Position numbers and translations under genes: made by a program. A stretch of DNA of 64,000 nucleotides from an uncultured Acidimicrobiales bacterium. Its GTDB lineage: Bacteria; Actinomycetota; Acidimicrobiia; Acidimicrobiales; DATKAS01. The notes beneath the pieces were generated by a model, which did not search any database, had not been told where the DNA came from, and saw nothing but the letters and a program-made list of their open reading frames with translations. This document shows positions 1-10,903 of this stretch, piece by piece. Positions within the stretch are counted from its first letter, which is position 1; each line of letters begins with the position of its first letter. The DNA lies in the NCBI GenBank assembly GCA_963708175.1, contig CAVPSD010000018.1:7935-71934 (forward strand), given 5' to 3'.

Positions 1-455
1 ACCTCGCTCGCGAGAAGCCGCCCCGCGGCGCTCGGCAACGTGCGCGGCGGCCCGACGATCGACGCGTGCGCGCGGTGCGCGGCGCCGAACGCATCGTCGA
101 CGTAGAGCTCCTGGCCTGCGACGAGCTTCTCGACGAACGCGGGGGCGTTGGTCTCCTCGCCCGGATCGAAGCGGAGATTCTCCATGAGATCGACGCCCGG
201 CGCGAGCTCGGCGAGGCGCGCGCGCACCGGCGCCATCGAGTACCGATCGTCGGGCTTGCCCTTCGGGCGTCCGAGATGGCTGCACGCGGTGACTTGGGCG
301 CCGTGCGCAGTGAGCCACTCGATCGTTGGCAAGGCTGCACGGATGCGCAGGTCGTCGACGATCTCACCGTGCTCGAGCGGGACGTTGAAGTCGGCACGTA
401 GCAGCACACGCCGACCCGCCACGTCAGGCAGGTCCTCGAGGAGGGGGATCTTCAT
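1..455 (-). CDS. pgk: Phosphoglycerate kinase, N-terminal part (runs off window start)
   Basis: Manual translation from ATG at 455: MKIPLLEDLPDVAGRRVLLRADFNVPL...HLGRPKG; directly downstream of gap. Confidence 0.95.
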   Translation of the reverse strand, partial: MKIPLLEDLPDVAGRRVLLRADFNVPLEHGEIVDDLRIRAALPTIEWLTAHGAQVTACSHLGRPKGKPDDRYSMAPVRARLAELAPGVDLMENLRFDPGEETNAPAFVEKLVAGQELYVDDAFGAAHRAHASIVGPPRTLPSAAGRLLASE

Positions 456-470
456 CGAGGGCTTGGGCGA

Positions 471-1481
471 TCAGTGGTTGGCGGCGCCGACGATCAGGGC
501 GAGGTCGACGAGACGGTTCGAGTATCCCCACTCGTTGTCGTACCAACCGAGCACCTTGACGAGGTTGCCCAGTGCCATCGTCAGCCCTGAGTCGAACGTG
601 CACGAGGCCGGCGACCCGACGATGTCGCTCGACACGAGTGGCTCGTCCGAGTAGACGAGCTTGCCTGCGAGCGGGCCGGTCGCAGCGGCCTTCGCGAACG
701 CCTCGTTGACCTCGGCGGCAGTCACGTCACGGCGGAGGACACCGACGAAATCGGTGATCGACCCGTCGGCGACCGGCACACGGAGCGCGGTGCCATCGAG
801 CTTGCCCTTCATCGCCTGCAACACCAGACCCGTGGCCCGCGCCGCGCCAGTCGACGACGGCGTGATGTTGATCGCTGCGGCCCGCGCCCGGCGGAGGTCC
901 TTGTGGAGGCCGTCGACGAGCATCTGATCGCCCGTGTAGGCGTGCACCGTGGTCATGAGACCCTTCTCCACGCCGAACGCGTCGTCGAGCACCTTGATCA
1001 TCGGAACGAAGCAGTTCGTCGTGCACGACGCGTTCGACACGACGAGATGGTTCACGGCATCGAAGGTGTCGTCGTTGACACCCACGACGAAGGTGGCGTC
1101 GGCTCCGTTGCTCGGCGCGGACACGATGACGCGAGGTGCCCCACCCTCGAGGTGAGCGGCGGCCTTGTCGCGGTCGGTGAAGAGGCCAGTCGACTCGACG
1201 ACCACATCGACACCGAGGTCGCCCCAGGGCAGCTCTTTCGGATCGCGGACGGCGAGGACCTTGAGGAGGTCGCCGGCCACATAGATGCCATCGTCGACGA
1301 CCCGCACCTCGTCAGGGAGGCGCCCCATCACCGAGTCGTACTTGAGCAGGTGGGCCATCGTCTCGACCGAGCCCAAGTCGTTCACCGCGACGAGGTCGAT
1401 GTCGGCCCCGGAGGCCTTCGCGGCCCGGAAGAACCCGCGTCCGATGCGCCCGAAGCCGTTGATGCCAACGCGAACCGCCAT
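471..1481 (-). CDS. gap: Type I glyceraldehyde-3-phosphate dehydrogenase
   Basis: MAVRVGINGFGRIGR, SNASCTTNC, WYDNEWGYSNR; start moved to ATG 1481. Confidence 0.98.
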   Translation of the reverse strand: MAVRVGINGFGRIGRGFFRAAKASGADIDLVAVNDLGSVETMAHLLKYDSVMGRLPDEVRVVDDGIYVAGDLLKVLAVRDPKELPWGDLGVDVVVESTGLFTDRDKAAAHLEGGAPRVIVSAPSNGADATFVVGVNDDTFDAVNHLVVSNASCTTNCFVPMIKVLDDAFGVEKGLMTTVHAYTGDQMLVDGLHKDLRRARAAAINITPSSTGAARATGLVLQAMKGKLDGTALRVPVADGSITDFVGVLRRDVTAAEVNEAFAKAAATGPLAGKLVYSDEPLVSSDIVGSPASCTFDSGLTMALGNLVKVLGWYDNEWGYSNRLVDLALIVGAANH

Positions 1482-1549
1482 GCCGTCCACTCTCCTCGCT
1501 GCAAACGCTGGGGGGAGGGCCAAAGGGCCCGTCTCGAAGGAGGCCGACG

Positions 1550-2404
1550 TTACTTGTCGATGTCGCGGTGCACGACCACCGGCTGGTAGCCGTGCTGGCG
1601 CAGGCGTCGTGCGACTTCCTCCGCGACGACCACCGACCGGTGCTGGCCGCCCGTGCAGCCGAACCCAAGCGACAGGTAGCTCTTGCCCTCGCGGACGTAC
1701 GCGGGCAGCAGGAGGGCCAGCAGCGAGTCGAGCTGACCCAGGAACTCGTTCGTCGCCTCCTGCTGCATCACGAACGTCCGCACCTCGAGGTCGAGGCCTG
1801 ACTGCGGGCGGAGGGCCTCGTCCCAGTACGGGTTGGGAAGGAAGCGACAGTCGAGGACCATGTCGGCGTCGAGCGGGAGTCCGTGCTTGTAGCCGAACGA
1901 GGTGATCGTCGTCTGCATGCCGGGCGCGGGCGCTTCGCCGCCGAAGATCGCGAGCAGCCGGTCGCGCAGCTGATGCACGTTCAGGTCGCCGGTGTCGACG
2001 ACGACGTCCGCGTCGGCCTTCACGGGTTCGAACAGCAGACGCTCGCGTTCGATCGCGTCGGTGAGCGAGCCCACGTCGTCGGCGAGCGGATGGCGACGAC
2101 GCGAGCTGCTGTACCGCCGCACGAGCACGTCGGTCGGCGCGTCGAGGAAAAGGATGCGCACCCGGTGGCCGCCGGCCTTGAGCTGCGTCAGCGCGGGCAG
2201 CACGTCGCCCGGGTTCGGACCACGGCCGACGATGAGCGCGACCCGGCCGATGGTCGAACCGGGCGCGCCGGCGAGGTCGGCGATCGTCGGGATGAGGGTC
2301 GCCGGAAGGTTGTCGACGACGAACCAGCCGAGGTCTTCGAGTGTCACCGCCGCCTGCGAGCGCCCCGCCCCGGACAAGCCGGTCACGACGAGAAACTCAC
2401 TCAC
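1550..2404 (-). CDS. rapZ: RNase adapter RapZ (P-loop, YvcJ family)
   Basis: VTGLSGAGRS, VDNLP, SFGYKHG, RFLPNPYW, GCTGGQHRSV. Confidence 0.95.
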   Translation of the reverse strand: MSEFLVVTGLSGAGRSQAAVTLEDLGWFVVDNLPATLIPTIADLAGAPGSTIGRVALIVGRGPNPGDVLPALTQLKAGGHRVRILFLDAPTDVLVRRYSSSRRRHPLADDVGSLTDAIERERLLFEPVKADADVVVDTGDLNVHQLRDRLLAIFGGEAPAPGMQTTITSFGYKHGLPLDADMVLDCRFLPNPYWDEALRPQSGLDLEVRTFVMQQEATNEFLGQLDSLLALLLPAYVREGKSYLSLGFGCTGGQHRSVVVAEEVARRLRQHGYQPVVVHRDIDK

Positions 2405-3170
2405 GACTCAAGGGTACCGACGGCTTCCGAGGGTCTCGCGTCTTTCTCTGCCAACAGAAACAGCAATCGGGGGATCGTCGCCGCTGCCGCGTACTCGGAC
2501 GCCCGTGCGAGGAAGCCGGGCGGCGGCGCGGGCTCCTCCATGCGTCGAATCACGAGACCGCTCGACGCCATCGCGTTCACGTACCGGCTGAGGGGCCGGT
2601 GGATGAACGGGATGAAGACGTCCTTCTCCACCTCTTCGATCGTCCGGTCTTCGACGAGGTACTCCCCGATGCGCCAGTACTGCTCGGGAGGGTCGAGCAC
2701 CTGGTCGTCGATCCAACCGCTGTTCGGCGTCTGCAGCAGCGGGTGGTTGAGGAAGAACAGGAAGCGCCCGCCGTCGACGAGGACCCTCGCCACCTCGCGA
2801 AGGGCGTCGTCGACTGCATCGATGTGCTCGAACACGAGGCAGGCGACGACCGCGTCGAACGCCGCGTCGGCGAACGGCAACGACCGCGGCCGCAGCGCTG
2901 TCCGTACCGCACACCGCCACCGCGCTCCCGTGCGACCTCGACCTGCGCCGCGGTCGGATCCACCCCGACGACGAGCGACGCCCCGCCGCGGGACGCGAGG
3001 CGCGCGACCTGCCCTTCGCCGCAGCCCACGTCGAGCACCCGCTCCGCGCCGGCAAGGTGCGTGGACGCGAGCGGGAGGATCTGCTCGGTGTACTCGGGGT
3101 CGGCACCGTCGGTGAACCCCTCCTGCCACCACCGGGCGTGGACCTCCCAGAGCTCGTCGCCTCCGCTCAC
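2401..3170 (-). CDS. Class I SAM-dependent methyltransferase (frameshifted near 2885-2900)
   Basis: VLDVGCGEG in one frame and LPFADAAFDAVVACLVFEHID in another; probable GTG start at 3170. Confidence 0.8.
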
Positions 3171-5046
3171 GAACGCGGACGCGGGCAGGTGGATCTTGGC
3201 GTGCACGGCTTCGGCGACCGTGTCCGGGAGCCACGACAGGGACCGCAGCGTCTCGAGGTCGGCCCTCTTCACGTTCTCCACGCCGCCCAGCTCCTTCACG
3301 AGGCGCTTGCGCCGGGTGGGTCCGAGACCGGGGATGTCATCGAGGACGCTCTTGGTCATTCGCTTGCCGCGCAGCTCGCGGTGGAAGCCGATCGCGAAGC
3401 GGTGCGCTTCGTCGCGAAGTCGCTGGAGGAGGTACAACGCCTCGCTCTGTCGAGGGATCGCAAGCGGGCTCGCTGTGCCCGGGGACATACACCTCCTCGA
3501 ACCGCTTCGCGAGCGCCGCGATGGGGATCTCGTCCTCGAGGCCGAGATCGCGCACGACGCGCTCCGCCACACCGAGCTGACCCTTGCCGCCGTCGACGAG
3601 CAGCAGCTGTGGCGGATACGAGAATCGACCGGGCTTCCCCGTCACCGGTCGCTCGCGGTCCCGGTCGGCCAGGTACGCGGTGAGGCGGCGGGTGAGCACC
3701 TCCTCCATCGCCGCGAAGTCGTCGTTCCCGGCCACGCCCTTCACCTTGAAGCGCCGGTAGTCGCTCTTCTTCGGGAGGCCGTCCTCCATCACCACCATCG
3801 AACCCACGTAGTCGGTGCCCTGGATGTGGCTCATGTCGTAGCACTCGATGCGCAACGGAGCCTCGGGCAGGCCGAGGTGATCCTGCAGCTCGTTGAGAGC
3901 GCGGGCGCGGCTGTTGTGATCCGACGCGCGCTTGAGCCGGTGCCGCATGAACTCTTCCTTGGCGTTGCGGGTCACGGTCTCCTGAAGCGCGCGCTTGTCG
4001 CCGCGCTGCGGGACCCGGACGACCACGCGCGATCCCCGCATCATCGTGAGCCACTCGTCGTACAGGTCGAGGTGCTCCGGGAGGTTCGGCACGAGCACCT
4101 GCTTCGGCACGCCGAGTGCCGGCTCTTCGCCGTAGAGGCCTTCGAGCACTCTCGCGACGAGACCGTCCACCGAGAGCTCTTCGACCTTGTCGACGACAAA
4201 GCCCTTACGACCGACGACTCGCCCCTTGCGGACGTAGAAGACCTGCACTGCAGCTTCGAGATCGTCGTCGGCGATGCCGACGACGTCGAGGTCCTCGTTG
4301 CGATCGGCCACCATCTGCTGGCGCTCGATCGCCTTCGTGACGCTGGTGAGCCGGTCGCGCAGGCGCGCCGCCCGTTCGAACTCGAGGCCGTCCGCGGCCT
4401 CCCTCATGTCGGCGGTCAGGCGACGAACGGTCGCCTCGGTGTCACCGTCGAGGAAGCTCAAGAGATCGGCGACGAGCCGGTCGTACGCCTCCCTGTCGAT
4501 CTCACCGACGCACGGGCCGCTGCACTTCTCGATGTGGAACAGCAGGCACGGCCGTCCGAGGCGCTGGTGGGTCAGGAGCTTGCTGTCGCTGCATGTCCGG
4601 ATCGGGAAGGTCCGCAGCAGCATGTCGAGCGTCTCGCGGATCGCGTAGGCGTGCCCGTACGGCCCGAAGTAGCGGACGCCCTTCCGCTTGCGGCCCCGCA
4701 TCACCATCGCTCGCGGCCACTCGTCGTCGAGGGTGACGGCGAGGAACGGGTAGCTCTTGTCGTCGCGCAGCCGCACGTTGAACCGGGGACGATGCTGCTT
4801 GATGAGGCTGTACTCGAGCATGAGGGCCTCGACCTCGTTGCGCACCTGGATCCACTCGACGCTCTCCGCGGCGGCGACCATCTGCGCCGTGCGAGGCGCC
4901 AACCCCCGCGGGTCCTGGAAGTAGCTCCCCACCCGGCTGCGCAGCGACGCGGCCTTGCCCACGTAGATCACTCGCCCCTCGCGGTCCTTGAACTGATAGG
5001 AGCCGGGGGCGTCGGGGATCGTGCCCGCGGGCGGCCGTTCGACCAT
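3167..5046 (-). CDS. uvrC: Excinuclease ABC subunit C (frameshift near 3468; true stop uncertain)
   Basis: GIY-YIG IYVGKA, RDDKSYP, ECYDMSH, LVDGGKGQ; C-terminal LQRLRDEAHRFA and HhH IPGLGP lie in the shifted frame. Confidence 0.93.
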
Positions 5047-5051
5047 CGCTG

Positions 5052-5079
5052 CTCAGCCTGCCTTGAACGAGGCCGATCC
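5052..5079 (+). promoter_or_regulatory. Putative FliA/WhiG-type promoter upstream of nadA
   Basis: CTCA-N16-GCCGATCC; a sigma70-type TACACT follows at 5083-5088. Confidence 0.4.
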
Positions 5080-5216
5080 GCGTACACTTGGCATCACGCC
5101 GGCCTGGTCTCCGGCGTCATATCGAGCTCTGGGGCCGACATCCCCGTGGAGGGCGACCAGGCTGTCCCCACCGGCCGTCAACCAGCGCCTGTCCCCAAAG
5201 GGGAGGACAACCCAGC

Positions 5217-6332
5217 ATGTTGCGGATCCAGACCCCGCTGCCGGAGGGGTACACCGGTGCTGATCCCGATGACCTCGCGCGGCGCATCGGCGCGGCCAAA
5301 GACGCCCTCGGCAGCCGCGTGTTCATCCTCGGTCACCACTACCAGCGCGACGAGGTGATGCGCTGGGCCGACGCCCGCGGCGACTCCTTCCGGCTGTCCG
5401 TGCTCGCACAGCAGCGCGCGGATGCCGAGTTCATCGTCTTCTGCGGCGTGCACTTCATGGCCGAGTCCGCCGACATCCTCACGGGTGACCACCAGCAGGT
5501 GATCCTCCCCGACCTGAACGCCGGTTGCTCGATGGCTGACATGGCCGACATCGACTCGGTCGAGGAGGCGTGGGAAGCGCTCGATGCCGTGATCGACATC
5601 AACGTCCTCGTGCCGATCACGTACATGAACTCGTCGGCCGCGCTGAAGGCGTTCGTCGGCACGCACGGTGGCGCGGTTTGCACCTCGACCAACGCGCGCG
5701 CGGTCCTCGAGTGGGCGTTCCGACCGAAGTCCGAAGGCGGTGCGGGCGGGAGCAAGGTGCTCTTCTTCCCCGATCAGCATCTCGGGCGCAACACCGGTCT
5801 CGCGATGGGCTATACGCACGACGACATGCGCGTGTGGAACCCACGTCTGGATCGCGGAGGGCTCACGGAGCCCGATTGCAAGGAGGCGACCTTCCTCCTG
5901 TGGCGTGGGCACTGCTCTGTACACCAGCGGTTCCGCCCCGAGCACATCGACGCGTTCCGCGAGGCGCACCCCGACGGAATCGTCGTCGCCCATCCAGAGT
6001 GCAGCTACGAGGTCTGCGGGAAAGCCGACCAAGTCGGGTCGACCGACTTCATCATTCGCGCCGTCGACGCCGCACCCGCGGGATCAGTCGTCGGCGTCGC
6101 GACTGAGATCCACCTCGTGCAACGACTCGACGCCGAGACCCCCGGCAAGACCATCGTGTCGCTCGACCCACTGGTCTGCCCGTGCTCCACGATGTTCCGC
6201 ATCGATGCCCCGCACCTCTGCTGGGTGCTCGAGAACCTCGTCGAAGGCAACGTCGTGAACCGCATCACGGTCGACGGCGCGACGGCGGACGCGGCAAAGG
6301 TCGCGCTCGAACGGATGCTCGCGATCACGTGA
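5217..6332 (+). CDS. nadA: Quinolinate synthase
   Basis: ILGHHYQ, FCGVHFMAE, AGCSMADM, HCSVH, AHPEC, CPCSTM; SD GGAGG upstream of ATG 5217. Confidence 0.97.
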   Translation: MLRIQTPLPEGYTGADPDDLARRIGAAKDALGSRVFILGHHYQRDEVMRWADARGDSFRLSVLAQQRADAEFIVFCGVHFMAESADILTGDHQQVILPDLNAGCSMADMADIDSVEEAWEALDAVIDINVLVPITYMNSSAALKAFVGTHGGAVCTSTNARAVLEWAFRPKSEGGAGGSKVLFFPDQHLGRNTGLAMGYTHDDMRVWNPRLDRGGLTEPDCKEATFLLWRGHCSVHQRFRPEHIDAFREAHPDGIVVAHPECSYEVCGKADQVGSTDFIIRAVDAAPAGSVVGVATEIHLVQRLDAETPGKTIVSLDPLVCPCSTMFRIDAPHLCWVLENLVEGNVVNRITVDGATADAAKVALERMLAIT

Positions 6333-6380
6333 GAGCGCGGCGGTACGCTGAGCGCTCACTCATCGCAGGAGCGTGCTGAC

Positions 6381-7349
6381 GTGGACTCCGCCGTTTCCAA
6401 GGATGCACCGATCTTTGTCGCCGGCCATCGAGGCCTGGTCGGGTCGGCCATCTTGCGCAAGCTCGAAGCGCATGGGTACACGAACGTCCTGACCGCGACC
6501 CGCGCCCAGCTCGATCTGCGCGATCAGGCCGCGGTGAACTACTGGTTCCGCGATCACCGTCCGCGGTACGTGTACCTCGTCGCGGGAACGGTCGGCGGCA
6601 TCCTCGCGAACAGCACCCGGCCGGCCGAGTTCATCTACGACAACCTCATGATCCACGGAACCGTCGTCGAGGCGAGCTATCAGTCGGGGGCCGACAAGCT
6701 CCTCTACCTCGGCAGCTCGTGCATCTACCCACGAGACGCACACCAGCCCATGACCGAAGAGGCCTTGCTCACCGGTCCGCTGGAGCCGACGAACGAGCCC
6801 TACGCGATCGCGAAGATCGCCGGCATCAAGCTGTGCCAGTCGTACCGGGCCCAGTACGGCGCCAACTTCATCTCGGCGATGCCGACGAACCTCTACGGCC
6901 CGAACGACAACTTCGACCTCCAGAGCAGCCACGTGCTGCCCGCTCTCATGCGCAAGTTCCACGACGCGAAGGTCGCCGGTGTCCGCGAGGTCGAGGTCTG
7001 GGGCAGCGGCACCCCCCGTCGCGAGCTGCTCCATGTGGACGACCTCGCCGACGCCTGCCTGTTCCTCATGGACCACTACGAGGGCGATCTGCACATCAAC
7101 GTGGGCACCGGTGTCGACCTGAGCATCCGCGAGCTCGCCGAGACCGTGCGCGACGTCGTGCACCCAGACGGTGAGCTCGTGTTCGACGCGTCGAAGCCCG
7201 ATGGCTCCCCTCGCAAGCTGCTCGACGTCAGCCGCATCAACGCCCTCGGCTGGAAGGCGTCGATCGAGCTGCGCGAGGGCATCGAGTCGACCTATGCCTG
7301 GTTCCTCGAGAACCGGGGCGCCGACCCCCCTGCTACGACACCCGGGTGA
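6381..7349 (+). CDS. fcl: GDP-L-fucose synthase family epimerase/reductase
   Basis: [41 protein letters not shown]. Confidence 0.93.
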   Translation: MDSAVSKDAPIFVAGHRGLVGSAILRKLEAHGYTNVLTATRAQLDLRDQAAVNYWFRDHRPRYVYLVAGTVGGILANSTRPAEFIYDNLMIHGTVVEASYQSGADKLLYLGSSCIYPRDAHQPMTEEALLTGPLEPTNEPYAIAKIAGIKLCQSYRAQYGANFISAMPTNLYGPNDNFDLQSSHVLPALMRKFHDAKVAGVREVEVWGSGTPRRELLHVDDLADACLFLMDHYEGDLHINVGTGVDLSIRELAETVRDVVHPDGELVFDASKPDGSPRKLLDVSRINALGWKASIELREGIESTYAWFLENRGADPPATTPG

Positions 7350-8073
7350 GGTAGCCCTGCGGCGCGGCGCTGAACGCCAACTTGCGGTCGACATCGACGT
7401 CGATTTCGAAGTTCGGGTGAGTGTGTAGGAACTCACGTACCGCCGTCTTCGGACTGTTGCCGGCCCCCCACGAGCGATCCCCGAGGAGCTCGGGCGCGAC
7501 GTCCTCGATGATCGTGTCGAACACCACGCAATAGCTGCCGACCGACGCGAGAGGCGCGTACGCCTCGAGCTCCGCGAGCACGTGATCATGGGTGTGGTTG
7601 CTGTCGAGCAGGACGAGGACGGGCGCGAGCCCGTCGACTTCTCGCTCCACCGCCGAGATCACGGCCGGATCCGTGCTCGAGCCTTCGATCATCAAGATGC
7701 GCCGAGCCATCGGATGGCTCTCGATGGCGGCCCGGTTGTGGGGTCGGATCTCGATGTCGACTCCGACGACCCGGGCATCAGCAGGTCCGCCGCACGCAGC
7801 GTTCAGCTCGAGCATCGATGCGGACAGGATCAACGAACCGCCGTGGGCGATGCCCGTCTCCACGATCACTCGCGGCTGGATCCGCCAGATGAGCTCCTGC
7901 ACGGCGACGATGTCCTGGGGGTACTGGATGATCGGCCGGCCGAGCCAGGAGAAGTTGTACGAGTACCGGGCTCGGAGCGACGACTCCATGAAGTCGTGAG
8001 CACGGCGAAGCAGCTCGTCGTCGTTCCCGTTCTGGCGCACGCGCCCAGCGACCTCTTCGTCAAATGACGTCAT
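7333..8073 (-). CDS. CmcI/cephalosporin hydroxylase-family (sugar O-methyltransferase-like) protein
   Basis: [43 protein letters not shown]. Confidence 0.88.
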   Translation of the reverse strand: MTSFDEEVAGRVRQNGNDDELLRRAHDFMESSLRARYSYNFSWLGRPIIQYPQDIVAVQELIWRIQPRVIVETGIAHGGSLILSASMLELNAACGGPADARVVGVDIEIRPHNRAAIESHPMARRILMIEGSSTDPAVISAVEREVDGLAPVLVLLDSNHTHDHVLAELEAYAPLASVGSYCVVFDTIIEDVAPELLGDRSWGAGNSPKTAVREFLHTHPNFEIDVDVDRKLAFSAAPQGYLTRVS

Positions 8074-8947
8074 CACGCACCTTGGCTCGCAGAAGACGGT
8101 CTGCCTTCGATCGGTCACCCCAAAATGACATGGGCTCGTAGTCAGGGTATGGGTAGCGCCCGAGCCGCGGCTCGATGTCCCAGCCCTGCTCGGCGATCCA
8201 ACCCTCGACCAGCTCGCGCACTGTCACCCCATGACCCGAGCACACATTGACGACGCCGTTGTCCGCACCCGTAAGCGTCAGGTCGACGAGCTCGCGCGCG
8301 ACCTCCTCTACCGGCAGGTAGTCGCGCACCTGCGCACCTCCCGACATGTCGAACACACGGTCACCTCTTGCGACTGCCGCCTTCAGCTGGGAAAGCAGCG
8401 CGCTGGGCGCCTGGCCGTCGCCGAACGTGTAGAAGATGCGAGCCCACGTCATGCAAAAGGCTGATCGGCAAGTGAGAGCTTCGAGACCGCGTCGGAGCCG
8501 ATCCTTGGCGATCGCGTAAGGGACGGTCGGTGATGCCGGCTTGGCCTCGCTCAGCTCGCCCATCTGCATCCCGTACTCCAGGCACGTACCGGCGACGACG
8601 AGGTTGCGGAGTCCCGACTCGGCGAGTGCCGACAAGTAGCCCAGATGGCCCGGCAGCTCCTGCTCCAGGTGCGACGGAGAGCGGTAGTCCGGCAATCCTC
8701 CCCAAGCGAGGTGAAGCAGCGTGCCAGGGCATCGCATCTGCTTGAAGGCCGCGTCAGGCGGATGACGAACGTCGAACACGACGACCTGGTGGGCGAGATG
8801 AGGTTGGGGGTGGCGTGCGATGATGACCGGTGAGACATCTCGACGCTCGAGCTCGGCGAGTACGTGCCTCCCGATGAACCCTGTCGCACCAGTGACGGCG
8901 ATCCTGCCTGTGTCGAGACGCTCGGTTTGAGGAAACCGAGTCACCAT
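8060..8947 (-). CDS. NAD-dependent epimerase/dehydratase (NDP-sugar reductase)
   Basis: [25 protein letters not shown]; start ATG 8947 overlaps the rfbF stop. Confidence 0.85.
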   Translation of the reverse strand: MVTRFPQTERLDTGRIAVTGATGFIGRHVLAELERRDVSPVIIARHPQPHLAHQVVVFDVRHPPDAAFKQMRCPGTLLHLAWGGLPDYRSPSHLEQELPGHLGYLSALAESGLRNLVVAGTCLEYGMQMGELSEAKPASPTVPYAIAKDRLRRGLEALTCRSAFCMTWARIFYTFGDGQAPSALLSQLKAAVARGDRVFDMSGGAQVRDYLPVEEVARELVDLTLTGADNGVVNVCSGHGVTVRELVEGWIAEQGWDIEPRLGRYPYPDYEPMSFWGDRSKADRLLRAKVRDDVI

Positions 8948-9708
8948 CGGTACCAGGGCGCACGACCCTCGGCCCAGAGCTGGTCGAGCTGGTGCTTGTC
9001 GCGGAGCGTGTCCATGGGTTGCCAGAAACCTCGATGGCGATAGGCACCGAGCTGCCCGGCCGAGACGAGCCGAGCCATCGGCTCGCTCTCCCATGACGTC
9101 TGGTCGTCATCGATGAGCTCCACCACCGAGGGCTCGAGGACGAAGAATCCCCCGTTGATCCACTGACCATCGCCGTCGGGCTTCTCCACGAAACCGACCA
9201 CCTGCTGCTCGTCGATCACGAGCGCGCCGAAGCGGCCGGGCGGCTGAACAGCGGTGACCGTGGCGCGGAGCCCTGAGGTCTTGTGGTAGGCGACGAGCGC
9301 GGCGATGTCGATGTCGGCGATCGCGTCGCCGTAGGTGAGGCAGAACGTTGCGTCACCGATGTGCTCCGCGACTCGCTTAAGCCGACCGCCCGTCATCGAG
9401 CTCTCACCGGTGTCGACCAGCGTCACTCGCCACGGCTCGGCTTGCGCGTGGTGCACTTCGGTCGTGTTTCGGCCGAGGTCGAACGTGACGTCTGAGGCAT
9501 GTAGGAAGTAGTTCGCGAAGTACTCCTTGATCACATAGCCCTTGTACCCGAGGCAGACAATGAAGTCGTTCACGCCGAACAACGAGTAAGTCTTCATGAT
9601 GTGCCACAAGATCGGCCGGCCGCCGATCTCGACCATCGGCTTCGGTCGAACCTGTGTCTCCTCGCTGAGCCGACTGCCCAGACCGCCGGCGAGGATCACT
9701 GCCTTCAT
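8941..9708 (-). CDS. rfbF: Glucose-1-phosphate cytidylyltransferase
   Basis: [45 protein letters not shown]. Confidence 0.95.
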   Translation of the reverse strand: MKAVILAGGLGSRLSEETQVRPKPMVEIGGRPILWHIMKTYSLFGVNDFIVCLGYKGYVIKEYFANYFLHASDVTFDLGRNTTEVHHAQAEPWRVTLVDTGESSMTGGRLKRVAEHIGDATFCLTYGDAIADIDIAALVAYHKTSGLRATVTAVQPPGRFGALVIDEQQVVGFVEKPDGDGQWINGGFFVLEPSVVELIDDDQTSWESEPMARLVSAGQLGAYRHRGFWQPMDTLRDKHQLDQLWAEGRAPWYRW

Positions 9709-9767
9709 CGGGAGGCCAATCGTCGCGAGTCTCGGGGACTGACGTGATCCACGCCCATAGTGTTGTC

Positions 9768-9795
9768 CCATCGGCGAGTCGGAGCGGGGCATGAG
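9768..9795 (-). promoter_or_regulatory. Putative FliA/WhiG-type promoter upstream of rfbF
   Basis: Minus strand CTCA-N16-GCCGATGG. Confidence 0.55.
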
Positions 9796-10903
9796 CAGGA
9801 TGCAGCCACTCGTGATGCTCATCTCACTCGGTCGTCCGCAGGGGATGGGTGAGGGCAAGCGTGTCGCGTCCCTCGAGATGATCTTCGAGCGCGCCGGCGC
9901 GGAGGTGGTCCAGGCGCAACTGCTTCGGGACTTCCGGGCACGACCTCGTGATGTGCTGGACATCGACGTCGTGTCGTTCGCACGCGGCGCCGCAGTGCCC
10001 GAATCGTTGGCATGGTCGCGCCGGCGCCTCCTACGTCATCTCGAGTCGGTCCGGCCCGACGTCGTGCTGTGCGTCACCGGACGCGCCTACCACCCGGCGA
10101 TCAGCCGCGGGCCCTGGGTGACCGTCCTCGACCTCGTCGATTGCCTGAGCACGAGCTATCGCGACCGCTCCATGATCGCCGGGCCCGGTCCCAGCCGGGT
10201 CATGTATCGCGCTCTGGCCTGGTCGACGCGCCGCTTCGAGAGACAGCCAGTGGCGTCATCGGTCACGCGGATCGCAGCAGGGTGGAGCGACGCCGAGCAT
10301 CTCGGGGCGCACTGGATCCCGATCACGATCGAGATCCCAACCCCCCTCGTTCCGGACGGCGGCCAGCCGGGGCACGATCTCGTGTTCTTCGGGAACCTCA
10401 GCTATCCCCCGAACCTCGAGGCAGTTGAGGCGCTCGCCCGGATGTGGCCCCGCTTGATGGCGGTGCACCCTTCGACGTCGTTGCTGCTCGCCGGCGCCCA
10501 TCCGACCAAGCGCGTCATCGAGCTGACGCGTCGATGGGACTGGACGCTCATCGCCGACTTCGCCGACCTGCGCGATGTCTTGTCAAAGGCGCGACTCGGG
10601 GTAGTGCCCCTGCTCCACGCGAGTGGCATCCAGATCAAGATCCTCGAAACGGCCGCGTTCGGCCTCGCCCAGGTGGTTTCGCCCGCTGCGCAAGCCGGGC
10701 TGGCGCCGGGCTTCCCGACCGCCCTCGCGGCGGATGAGCGAGCGTTCGTCGCGCACATCGTGGACCTCCTCGAGGATGACGCTGGGCGGTCCGGGCTCGG
10801 AGCAGCGGCCCGTGCGCACGTGGCGTCGGAATACACGGCGGAGCGCTGGGCGGGTTGGGCGGCGGGTCTCCTGAGTGCGTCCGAGGAGCGCGCCTCACGC
10901 TGA
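9791..10903 (+). CDS. Glycosyltransferase, GT4-like
   Basis: [31 protein letters not shown] (GT-B C-terminal motif). Confidence 0.8.
   Translation: MSRMQPLVMLISLGRPQGMGEGKRVASLEMIFERAGAEVVQAQLLRDFRARPRDVLDIDVVSFARGAAVPESLAWSRRRLLRHLESVRPDVVLCVTGRAYHPAISRGPWVTVLDLVDCLSTSYRDRSMIAGPGPSRVMYRALAWSTRRFERQPVASSVTRIAAGWSDAEHLGAHWIPITIEIPTPLVPDGGQPGHDLVFFGNLSYPPNLEAVEALARMWPRLMAVHPSTSLLLAGAHPTKRVIELTRRWDWTLIADFADLRDVLSKARLGVVPLLHASGIQIKILETAAFGLAQVVSPAAQAGLAPGFPTALAADERAFVAHIVDLLEDDAGRSGLGAAARAHVASEYTAERWAGWAAGLLSASEERASR

Noticed and set aside
2577-3572. Apparent in-frame UvrC-methyltransferase fusion
   Set aside because: Removing one base near the uvrC end gives a normal GTGA stop/start overlap at 3167-3170, the same error type seen throughout the window; needs reads to settle
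5095-5216. Assignment as a known NAD+-I riboswitch
   Set aside because: The conserved nucleotides I recall for that class are not evident, so it is kept only as an unassigned structured leader
2341-5358. Long antisense ORFs (1005 aa here; also 22014-24062, 39363-41402 and 44417-46912)
   Set aside because: They are shadows of uvrC, uvrB, polA and malQ caused by stop-poor high-GC codon usage, with no recognisable motifs
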